From a candidate division WOR-3 bacterium (lineage in GTDB: Bacteria; Hydrothermota; Hydrothermia; LBFQ01; DSFT01), in NCBI GenBank assembly GCA_965649115.1, contig CBFGJN010000028.1, forward strand, positions 1-23,116: 23,116 bases of DNA, given 5' to 3'. Under the pieces are notes generated by a model. That model was not told the DNA's origin and searched no databases. It saw only the letters and a program-made list of their open reading frames with translations. The translations under genes were made by a program, and so were the position numbers. Below, one piece after another: positions 1 through 8,006 of this stretch (position 1 is the first letter of the stretch; every line of letters begins with the position of its first letter).

Positions 1-397
1 TTATTCATTATCAATAATTTAAAATTTTAATAGCTTTACCTCTATCGCTTTCTCAATAAAAATTCAATTTTTTGAAGTTTTAATTTGTCATTTTAATCTC
101 ATTTAAGTTGCTTATTTCCAATAACTTAAATTTTTTGTTAAAATTTTAGGCTATCCTAAAAGTTAATTCTGTTGAAGGTGTTTTAATTTTTAAAAATTAA
201 AGTAAAATATATTTAAAATTTCATCTTTATAATTTGTCTATTTATAAGAGTTTTTCAATATACTTTCATAATTTGTCAGGATAATAGAAATTAGTTATAG
301 TCTTCAAAGCCGACACCTATATGAAAGTTAATAAATACTTACCAAGTTTTAATTTGAATGAATTAAAGTTTTTATAGATAGCATCTTTAATTGATAG

Positions 398-677
398 TGT
401 TCGGAAACCCCCTTTCAAAAGTTAAAAAATTTAATAAGTTATTGATAGTCAATAATTTAGAGTTTTGGGGTATTTTTATAAGTTATTGATAATCAAGGAT
501 TTATAAAACATAATTTAGCTAATTATGGATATAAAAATCTTCATTTGGAGAGGTGGGGGGTAGGTGTCCGAACATGGAGGTTGAAAAATTGAAAACTTAT
601 GCTTTAAAATTTTGGTGCTGGACGACTTGTTATATACATCGTCGTAAGGTGGTCAAGGGGTAAAAGGCAAGGCACGG
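398..677 (+). promoter_or_regulatory. CRISPR leader with inverted repeat, IHF-like boxes and a putative sigma70 promoter
   Basis: Non-coding AT-rich DNA next to the first intact repeat. Inverted repeat TGTTCGGAAACC (398-409) / GGTGTCCGAACA (563-574), 11/12. WATCAANNNNTTR matches at 435-447(-), 479-491(-), 491-503(+). TTGAAA 581-586, 18 nt, TAAAAT 605-610. Confidence 0.7.
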
Positions 678-975
678 GTTTTTATCGTCCCTATAAGGGA
701 TTGAAACAGATAATAGAAAATATAATAGATATCATCAAAATTAGTTTTTATCGTCCCTATAAGGGATTGAAACCTTCTACTTGTGCTGTTGTTATTGTTG
801 ATAATATGGAGTTTTTATCGTCCCTATAAGGGATTGAAACTAGGTACAATAAAAACTCATAAATTTGTGGTTTAGGGGGGTTTTTATCGTCCCTATAAGG
901 GATTGAAACATAATCCACTATAAGGAGCAGCAGGGTCGCTTGGAAGTTTTTATCGTCCCTATAAGGGATAGGAAA
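678..975 (+). CRISPR. CRISPR array, 5 repeats and 4 spacers; 30-bp repeat GTTTTTATCGTCCCTATAAGGGATTGAAAC
   Basis: Identical repeats at 678-707, 744-773, 811-840, 880-909. The terminal repeat 946-975 matches for 24 nt, then AGGAAA. Unique spacers of 36, 37, 39 and 36 bp. Internal hairpin TCCCT-ATA-AGGGA. The ATTGAAAC 3' end is typical of Cas6-processed type I-B/III repeats. Confidence 0.97.
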
Positions 976-999
976 AGAAAAATGATTAAACCTTAATAG

Positions 1000-1061
1000 G
1001 GGCACTTTAAAGCTAAAAGCTTATTTCGTAAGGTGGGAAAAATAAATATTTTCAGAAAACA
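1000..1061. mobile_element. Degenerate MITE remnant (IS903-group-derived family)
   Basis: 1000-1046 GGGCACTTTAAAGCTAAAAGCTTATTTCGTAAGGTGGGAAAAATAAA is a diverged direct copy of 1126-1174. It ends in a weak TIR-like sequence (9/15) at 1047-1061. Confidence 0.55.
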
Positions 1062-1070
1062 TAAAAACTT

Positions 1071-1192
1071 TGCTTTGTCCAATAATTATTGTTAAGTCTT
1101 TGATAATCAGTCCTTGCCAAGAAACGGGCACTTATAAGCCGAAGGCTTAATTTCAGAGTGGGTGGGAAAATAAAGAATTATTGGACACAGCA
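1071..1192. mobile_element. MITE (122 bp) with IS903-like terminal inverted repeats
   Basis: TGCTTTGTCCAATAATT (1071-1087) and AATTATTGGACACAGCA (1176-1192) form a 16/17 inverted repeat. The first 15 nt are identical to the IS end at 22991. Internal hairpin TAAGCC-GAA-GGCTTA. No ORF. Confidence 0.8.
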
Positions 1193-1230
1193 TAGAAGTA
1201 ATTATAATAGGTTTTAAAATTTAGGCTTTT

Positions 1231-1803
1231 ATGAAAAATCCAATTGAAATAGTAAGAGAATATTTCAAATTAGCAGAAAAATTGAATTTAAAATATCCTA
1301 ATGCAGCTGTTCTTTGTACATGTAGAAATAATGAACCTGATGGAAGGTTTATTTTGATAAAAGAAATAAGGGATAATGGTTTTGTTTTCTATACAAATTA
1401 CAATTCAAAAAAGGGTAAAGATTTAGAGGTAAATCCAAAAGCTTGCATTGTTATATATTGGGAAGGACTTGGAATTCAAATCAGGATTAGAGGTATTGTA
1501 GAAAAATTAAGTGAAGAAGAATCAATAAATTATTTTAAAACGAGACCAAAATTAGCTCAAATATCCGCTTATATTTCAAAGCAATCAGAAGAACTTGAAA
1601 GTTATGAAGAACTATTAAAATTATTTGATGAATATAAAAAAATTTTTGAAAATAAAGAAGTTGAAAAACCAAAACACTGGGGTGGATATATTCTAATTCC
1701 AAAAGAGATTGAAATATGGAAAGAGGGAGAATATAGATTACATCAAAGAACACTTTATTATTTATCTAATGGAGAATGGAAATGGAAAAATCTTTACCCA
1801 TAA
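1231..1803 (+). CDS. pdxH: Pyridoxine/pyridoxamine 5'-phosphate oxidase
   Basis: Motifs RFILIK, GFVFYTNYNSKKG, QIRIRG, SKQS, HWGGY, EIW and RLHQR, ending in LYP. Confidence 0.93.
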   Translation: MKNPIEIVREYFKLAEKLNLKYPNAAVLCTCRNNEPDGRFILIKEIRDNGFVFYTNYNSKKGKDLEVNPKACIVIYWEGLGIQIRIRGIVEKLSEEESINYFKTRPKLAQISAYISKQSEELESYEELLKLFDEYKKIFENKEVEKPKHWGGYILIPKEIEIWKEGEYRLHQRTLYYLSNGEWKWKNLYP

Positions 1804-2450
1804 TTTTTTCTTTTAGTGGTGGAAAAGATAGTTGTCTTAGTATTTATAGACTTAAAAAACAGAAATTTAAAATTATTTCACTTATAACAACAATAACAGA
1901 GAACTACAATAGAGTTTCTATTCATGGAATTAGAGAAGAGTTAATTATGGAACAAGCAAATGCGCTTTCTATTCCATTACATCTAATTTATATTCCAAAA
2001 AATTGCGTAAATGAAACTTATGAAAAAATAATGGAAGAGAATATGCTATTTTATAAAAATTTAGGTATTGAATATGTTGGATTTGGAGATATATTTTTAG
2101 AAGACATAAGGAGTTATAGAGAGAAAAATTTAAATAAAATTGAAATGAAAGGATATTTTCCACTATGGAAAGAAAAAAGCGAAAATTTAATAAATGAATT
2201 CATAGAACTTGGATTTAAAGCAATTGTTGTTTGTGTTGATTTAAGAGTTTTAGATATTTCATTCTTATCAAGAGAAATTGATAAAAATTTTATAAAAGAT
2301 ATTCCTAAAAATGTTGATATTTGTGGAGAGAATGGAGAATTTCATACATTTGTTTATGATGGTCCAATTTTTAATTACAGAATTAATTTTAAAAAGGGTG
2401 ATGTTGTAATTAATGGAAATTATGGATACCTTGATCTATATCCCATTTAG
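1782..2450 (+). CDS. Dph6-related ATP pyrophosphatase (diphthine-ammonia ligase/DUF71 family)
   Basis: PP-loop SFSGGKDS, HG, FGDIFLED, FPLW and DICGENGEFHTFVYDGPIF. ATG 1782 chosen over 1776 because GGAG lies 7 nt upstream. Confidence 0.88.
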   Translation: MEKSLPIIFSFSGGKDSCLSIYRLKKQKFKIISLITTITENYNRVSIHGIREELIMEQANALSIPLHLIYIPKNCVNETYEKIMEENMLFYKNLGIEYVGFGDIFLEDIRSYREKNLNKIEMKGYFPLWKEKSENLINEFIELGFKAIVVCVDLRVLDISFLSREIDKNFIKDIPKNVDICGENGEFHTFVYDGPIFNYRINFKKGDVVINGNYGYLDLYPI

Positions 2451-3525
2451 CTTGTGGGGATTAAATCCCTTTATTTCAAAAAATTTAAATTATGTGTTTC
2501 AAAGACCTATTATTAAAGATGTTGAAGTTTTTAGAAGTTATGATTATGGACTTTTTTTAAGAAAAGAAGTATTAAAAACTGATAGCCTTCCAATTTCAAC
2601 AGTGTATTCAATTCAATATCCTAAAAGTAATTATTCCCAATATGGTATAGGTTTTACAAGATTTATAAAAAAACTTCTAATATCTTCAAATTACGATTAT
2701 AACGATAATTTTAAACAAGCAAGTTTAAGTTTTGATTATCAAAACATTGATTTAAGTTATTTTGAAACATTTAAGCTTGATGAACATTTACAATTTTTAT
2801 ATTTTGGGATTTCAAATTTCCTAAAAATTAACTATCAAATTTTTAATGATACGAGTTTATATTATTTTCAAATTTTTTATTCAAAGTTTATATATTCTGA
2901 TTTTCAAAAGGAGAGTTATTTTAATTTGGGATTTAGTAAAAATTTACTAAAAGCAAATGCTGGAATTTATTATAATTTTAAAAAGAACTACTATAAACCA
3001 AACTATGAATTTAATTTAAATTTAAATTTTGTTAAAATTGGCTCAAAGTATTATCCATTTGAATTCAACGATACGATTTATAATTCTCAAAGACACTTTA
3101 TTGAAATTTATTATAATTTTTTGAAGTTTTCTTATACATATTATAAAAATTTAGTTCCCTTTGATACATTTAAGTTTTCATTTTCAAAAGTTCAAACAGT
3201 GAATGCTAATTTGAGTTTTAAGTTCTTTAATTTTTCTATTTTTAGAAACTTTGGCTCGCCCATTGAATGGATTTTATACTTAAAAACATTTTATGAATTT
3301 TATCCAAGAAAAGATATTCTTATTAAGCCTTATTTAAATGCTATTTATATTGAAAATCAATTTAAAAATCCTATTGAAGACATTTTTAATTTGAAATTTG
3401 GTATAAGTTTTAATTTATTTGGTGGATTATATGTTGATTTTCATTTCAGCTCAAATTTATTTATTGAAAGTCTTTGGAAAGAAAACACTTATGGTTTAAT
3501 TTTAAGAATTAGTCTTGAAGATTAA
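2413..3525 (+). CDS. Hypothetical protein, possibly an outer-membrane beta-barrel
   Basis: 370-aa ORF overlapping the upstream gene; very F/Y-rich with alternating hydrophobic beta-strand-like segments. No family recognised. Confidence 0.6.
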   Translation: MEIMDTLIYIPFSLWGLNPFISKNLNYVFQRPIIKDVEVFRSYDYGLFLRKEVLKTDSLPISTVYSIQYPKSNYSQYGIGFTRFIKKLLISSNYDYNDNFKQASLSFDYQNIDLSYFETFKLDEHLQFLYFGISNFLKINYQIFNDTSLYYFQIFYSKFIYSDFQKESYFNLGFSKNLLKANAGIYYNFKKNYYKPNYEFNLNLNFVKIGSKYYPFEFNDTIYNSQRHFIEIYYNFLKFSYTYYKNLVPFDTFKFSFSKVQTVNANLSFKFFNFSIFRNFGSPIEWILYLKTFYEFYPRKDILIKPYLNAIYIENQFKNPIEDIFNLKFGISFNLFGGLYVDFHFSSNLFIESLWKENTYGLILRISLED

Positions 3526-4417
3526 TTATATGTCTTATATTCCTTTTAAATCTCTTATAGTTTGCTCTTTTTATAGGCATCCCTTTAAATAATTCATTAT
3601 ATTCATTTTCATTTAAATTTGATAGCTCTTCTAATGAATAATTCAAAATATTTGTAATTTTAAATTCCTCCCAATCTGTTTCAATTGCTTTATTGTTCCA
3701 AGGGCAAACAATTTGACAAATATCACAACCAAAAATCCAATCTTTAAATTTTATTTTTATTTCATTACCTTTATATTCAATTGTCCAATAAGAAATACAT
3801 TTATTAGCATCAACTATTCTATTATTTAAAATTGCATTTGTAGGACAAGCATTTATACATCTATTACATTTTCCGCAAAAATCATAAATAAATGGCTCAT
3901 CAGGTTCTAAATAAATATCCAATAAAACAATACCTAAAAATATATATGAACCAAGTTTTGGATTTATTAAAATTGAGTTCTTGCCTTGCCAACCAAGACC
4001 TGCTTTTTGAGCAAAAACTTTTTCTAAAATTGGTCCCGTATCAACATAAATTTTAAAATTAAATTTGAATTCTTTTGAAAGTTCCTTAAAAATTTTTAAT
4101 AATTTCTTTTTGATGACTTTGTGATAATCCTTTGATAGTGCATAAATTGAAATTTTATAATTTTTATATTGAACACTTTTATAATAATTTTTACCTACGA
4201 CGATAACACTTTTTGTATCTTTCCAAACCTTTTTAATATCCAATCTTTTATCCATCGTTTGTTTCATATAGTTCATATCTGCAAAATAATTTTTTTCAAT
4301 CCAATAGATATATAATTCTTTTATATGTTCAGGAATTTCAGTATCGGTAAATCCTACCAAATCAAAACCAAACTCGTAAATTCTTTTTTTTATTTCTTCC
4401 TTAATTGATACTTTCAT
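3509..4417 (-). CDS. queG: tRNA epoxyqueuosine(34) reductase
   Basis: DYH, YVDTGPILEK, AGLGWQGKN, Fe-S motifs CGKCNRCINACPT and CISYWTIE, WIFGCDICQIVCPWN. ATG 4417 preferred over TTG 4426. Confidence 0.93.
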   Translation of the reverse strand: MKVSIKEEIKKRIYEFGFDLVGFTDTEIPEHIKELYIYWIEKNYFADMNYMKQTMDKRLDIKKVWKDTKSVIVVGKNYYKSVQYKNYKISIYALSKDYHKVIKKKLLKIFKELSKEFKFNFKIYVDTGPILEKVFAQKAGLGWQGKNSILINPKLGSYIFLGIVLLDIYLEPDEPFIYDFCGKCNRCINACPTNAILNNRIVDANKCISYWTIEYKGNEIKIKFKDWIFGCDICQIVCPWNNKAIETDWEEFKITNILNYSLEELSNLNENEYNELFKGMPIKRANYKRFKRNIRHIINLQD

Positions 4418-5180
4418 AAAATTCAAGAAATTTAATTCTATAAGCTTCTAAATTTAAATTAATGCTTTTTTTAAAATCATTTTTTAAAAATTGAAAGAAT
4501 TCATAACCAACATATTGTCCTTTTCTTGAAATTAAAAACCAATCTGAAAATTGACCAAATGATTCATCATTTAATTCAGTTAAAAATCTAAATGAATAGT
4601 ATTTAAGATGTTTTTTTAAATCAAGGAACCAGATTTTATAAATTGACCTTTGACTTAACCAAATTGAAATTATTGGATTTTCATTCAAACATATATTAAC
4701 GATGAAATTTCCAAAGCCATATAGGACTAAATTTCTTAAATTATTGTAAAAACTTGTATTTTGTAAGTTCTTGTTTAAGCTTAAAATATAACTAATTGCA
4801 TAATTCTTATAAATAATAGCAATTAAGGACTTTATTGAATTTATATTTTCAAGTGGCAAAAAATTATAAATTTTGTTATTATCCATTTCAGTCCATTCAT
4901 TACAATAGCCAAGTCCTACAAAAGGTAAAACTTGAAATTCAAAAATATCTAAATTCGTTTTTTCGTAAAAAATTTTTACTAAATTATAAAAATTCATCTT
5001 TAAAAATTCATAATTTCTTCTTATTTTCATTAAAAAATCCTTATTTTCCCAATTCATTAAAGTTTTTCTATCTAAACTAACTTTAAATCTTTCTTTGTAC
5101 ATATTTAAAATTCTTGAAAATTTAAAAATGTATTCACTTCTACTATTTAAGAATGTTTCTATTGCTTCAAAATTTAACAT
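4401..5180 (-). CDS. Hypothetical protein
   Basis: 259-aa ORF overlapping both neighbours in the metG operon. No confident family. Confidence 0.65.
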   Translation of the reverse strand: MLNFEAIETFLNSRSEYIFKFSRILNMYKERFKVSLDRKTLMNWENKDFLMKIRRNYEFLKMNFYNLVKIFYEKTNLDIFEFQVLPFVGLGYCNEWTEMDNNKIYNFLPLENINSIKSLIAIIYKNYAISYILSLNKNLQNTSFYNNLRNLVLYGFGNFIVNICLNENPIISIWLSQRSIYKIWFLDLKKHLKYYSFRFLTELNDESFGQFSDWFLISRKGQYVGYEFFQFLKNDFKKSINLNLEAYRIKFLEFYESIN

Positions 5181-5838
5181 TTTTCAAAAATTCTAAAATT
5201 TTTTTAGATGAAAAATTATATTTTTCGTTTATTCTTTCTGGGTGCCATTGAACGCCAAAAATTGGTAGTTTTTTATGAAAAATTCCTTCAATTACATTAT
5301 CTTCTGATATTGAAAATATATAAAATTCGCTTGAAATATCCTTAATTGCTTGGTGATGTCTGCTATTTGCAGTAAATTCCATTATTTCAAATATAGGATT
5401 TTGTGATATAATTTTTACTTTGTGATAAGTATCCTTATTTAAAACTTCTATATTTTTTGGTGTTTTATCAGGATAAAATTTATGAATATATGTGCTAAGT
5501 TGAGATGGTAAATCTTGATATAATGAACCTCCAAAAAAAACATTTATAACTTGAATTCCTCTACAAATTCCAAAAATTAGTTTTTCTTCATTCAAAAACT
5601 CATTTATCATTTCAAATTCAAATAAATCTCTCTCATTATTTATTTCATTTAAATCCTTAAATAAATTTTCTTCATTATAAAACTTAGGATTAACATCCTC
5701 ACCACCAATTAAAATTAATCCTTTGTAATTTTTAGGATTTATTTTTTCTCCAATAAATTTAACTTCTATCAAATCTCCAAAGAAATTTAAATAATTTTCA
5801 ATTGGATAGTTTTTTGGAGATAATAATAAGCACTTCAT
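5167..5838 (-). CDS. Gamma-glutamyl-gamma-aminobutyrate hydrolase family protein (peptidase C26, class I glutamine amidotransferase-like)
   Basis: GGEDV, RD, nucleophile elbow GICRGIQ, NSRHHQ, GVQWHPE. Confidence 0.9.
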   Translation of the reverse strand: MKCLLLSPKNYPIENYLNFFGDLIEVKFIGEKINPKNYKGLILIGGEDVNPKFYNEENLFKDLNEINNERDLFEFEMINEFLNEEKLIFGICRGIQVINVFFGGSLYQDLPSQLSTYIHKFYPDKTPKNIEVLNKDTYHKVKIISQNPIFEIMEFTANSRHHQAIKDISSEFYIFSISEDNVIEGIFHKKLPIFGVQWHPERINEKYNFSSKKILEFLKNVKF

Positions 5839-7811
5839 TTTACCTTGCTTCCTTCTTCAACATCTTTTTCTGTTGTCAATATGACTGGTTTTTCACCTGC
5901 TGCTAATAGCATTCCTTGACTTTCAATGCCCATAATTTTTTTGGGCTCTAAATTTGAAACAATAATTACATTTTTATTTATTAAGTCTTCCGGATTATAT
6001 TCATTTCCAATACCTGCAACGATTTGTCGTTTTTCAGTTCCTAAGGAAACGATAAGTTTTAATAGTTTTTTTGATTTTTCAATTCTTTCAGCAGAAATAA
6101 CTCTACCAACCCTTAAATCAATTTTTGAAAATTCTTCATAAGTTATGTAATCCTTAACAACCCTGCTATTTAAGATATTTAAAATTTCTTCAATTTCACT
6201 ATTTTCAACTTTCTTATAAATGTTTCCTATATCAGAAATTTTATAATTTTTTATTGATTCTAAAATAATTTTAGCAGTTTCCCAATTGTAATTCTTGACT
6301 CCTATGGAGTTTAAAATTTTTTTGGAGGAGAATGGAATAAATGGTTCAAATGCTATTGTTATTGATTTTATAAATTGAACAATTAAATATATTTTTCTTT
6401 TGGTAGAAACTTCATCGTACTTTATTAAATTCCAAGGTTTTACTTTGTCAATATAAGCATTTACAAAATCAACTGCTAAAATGATTGTAAATAAGGCTTT
6501 TCTAAATTCAAAGTTTTCAATATAATTTTCAACTTCAATTATGTAATTTTTGAAGTTTTCAAATTCTTTTATTTCTTCATCATTTAAATCAATATCGGGA
6601 ATATAACCATCAAAAAATCTATTTATAAATCCCATAACTCTACTAATTAAATTTCCAAATTTATTTATAAGTTCATTATTTACTCTATCCTTAAATTCAT
6701 ATAAATTAAAATCACTATCTTTATTCTCTGGCATTATGTAAGCAATAAAAAATCTTATGTAATCAGGGTCAAATTTTTCAAGTAATTCATCAACCCATAA
6801 TGCCCAATTTCTACTTGTTGAAATTTTATCACCCATTAAATTTAAAAATTCATTTGCAGGAATATCATCAGGTAAATTATATGAACCCTCTGCCATTAGC
6901 ATAGCAGGCCAAACGATAGCATGAAAGACGATATTATCTTTTCCTATGAAATGGACAATTCTCGTGTCTTTATCTTTCCAATACAATTCCCACTTTTCTT
7001 TATTCCATTCAATAGTTGAAGAGATATAACCTATTGGAGCATCAAACCATACATATAAAACTTTATTTTTAGCTTCTTCAAGAGGAACAGGAACCCCCCA
7101 TTCCAAATCCCTTGTTATAGCCCTCGGTTTTAATCCTTCTTTAAGCCAATTATTAACAAAATTTAAAACATTATCCTTCCACTTATTCTTTTTACTTTCA
7201 ATATAGTCTCTTAATGGTTTTTCAAATTCATTCAATTTAAAAAAGTATTGAAAACTATCCTTTAAAATCGGTTCTTTTAAACAAATTGAGCATTTGGGCT
7301 CTTTTAAATCCGTAGGTTCAAGCCATCTGCCACATTTTTCACATTGGTCTCCTCTTGCTTTTTCATATCCACAATAAGGACATATTCCAAATATGTATCT
7401 ATCAGGAAGAAACATTTTATCATTTTCACAATAAAATTGTTTAACTTCTCTTTTTTCAATAAATCCTTTATTGTAAATTTTTAAAAAAAATTCTTGCGAT
7501 AATTTATAATGAATTTCTTTTGTTGTTCTTGAAAAATTATCAAATTCAATTCCAATTCTTTCAAATGTTCTTTTTATGTTTTCATGATAAAAATCAACAA
7601 GTTCTTTTGGTGTTTTATTTTCTTTTCTTGCAGAAAGTGTGATTGCTACACCATGCTCGTCTGTACCACATATATGAATAACATCTTCATTTTTTAGTCT
7701 TTTAAATCTTGTCCATATATCTGCAGGCAAATATGCACCTGCTAAGTGTCCAATGTGTAAAGGACCATTAGCATAAGGTAATGCACTTGTAACTAAAATT
7801 CTTTTAGACAT
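5835..7811 (-). CDS. metG: Methionine--tRNA ligase with C-terminal tRNA-binding domain
   Basis: ALPYANGPLHIGH, GTDEHG, Zn-knuckle CxxC motifs, YVWFDA, GKDN, KISTS; C-terminal DLRVG...SQGMLL domain. Confidence 0.98.
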   Translation of the reverse strand: MSKRILVTSALPYANGPLHIGHLAGAYLPADIWTRFKRLKNEDVIHICGTDEHGVAITLSARKENKTPKELVDFYHENIKRTFERIGIEFDNFSRTTKEIHYKLSQEFFLKIYNKGFIEKREVKQFYCENDKMFLPDRYIFGICPYCGYEKARGDQCEKCGRWLEPTDLKEPKCSICLKEPILKDSFQYFFKLNEFEKPLRDYIESKKNKWKDNVLNFVNNWLKEGLKPRAITRDLEWGVPVPLEEAKNKVLYVWFDAPIGYISSTIEWNKEKWELYWKDKDTRIVHFIGKDNIVFHAIVWPAMLMAEGSYNLPDDIPANEFLNLMGDKISTSRNWALWVDELLEKFDPDYIRFFIAYIMPENKDSDFNLYEFKDRVNNELINKFGNLISRVMGFINRFFDGYIPDIDLNDEEIKEFENFKNYIIEVENYIENFEFRKALFTIILAVDFVNAYIDKVKPWNLIKYDEVSTKRKIYLIVQFIKSITIAFEPFIPFSSKKILNSIGVKNYNWETAKIILESIKNYKISDIGNIYKKVENSEIEEILNILNSRVVKDYITYEEFSKIDLRVGRVISAERIEKSKKLLKLIVSLGTEKRQIVAGIGNEYNPEDLINKNVIIVSNLEPKKIMGIESQGMLLAAGEKPVILTTEKDVEEGSKVK

Positions 7812-7846
7812 AATGAAAATTTTAAAGGTTTTATTTTGAATTTAGT

Positions 7847-7902
7847 TGCTGTGTCTAGTAATAATGCCCATGTTTCGGCAGTGGGGGCCTTGCCCCCATT
7901 AA
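7847..7902. mobile_element. Partial MITE (one TIR plus internal hairpin module)
   Basis: TGCTGTGTCTAGTAA (7847-7861) is a TIR variant. It is followed by ATAATGCCCATGTTTCGGCAGTGGGGGCCTTGCCCCCATTAAA, which resembles the interior of the 22873-22981 copy and 22688-22713. Confidence 0.6.
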
Positions 7903-8006
7903 ATCGATCGTTTCATTGCAAAAGTTGGTTGGTATGTATTTTTCTATCTTTTCTTGTTTTTGGTTGGGCAATTTATTAATTTTTATCAAGCTTTAAAATT
8001 TTGAAC

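Noticed and set aside
612..677. GC-richer stretch before the first CRISPR repeat as a tRNA or ncRNA
   Set aside because: No cloverleaf or TTCRA arm; only a weak ACGAC/GTCGT inverted repeat, consistent with the leader-proximal region.
869..878. Spacer 3 shares GGTTTAGGGG with the IS end (23020-23029)
   Set aside because: Only 10 nt of low complexity; the rest of the spacer does not align.
915..925. Spacer 4 contains CCACTATAAGG, similar to the repeat core CCCTATAAGG
   Set aside because: Too short; the spacer has normal length and is otherwise unique.
708..945. Spacer reverse complements contain open frames, hinting at type III mRNA targeting
   Set aside because: An open frame over 12 codons is expected by chance; not testable without protospacer hits.
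757..1005. 82-aa minus-strand ORF
   Set aside because: It is a translation of the CRISPR repeats (recurring IPYRDDKN), not a gene.
7860..7960. GC hairpin upstream of metG as a T-box or SAM riboswitch
   Set aside because: No T-box or SAM consensus; the hairpin matches a MITE module, and metG has a -10 box 7 nt from its ATG.
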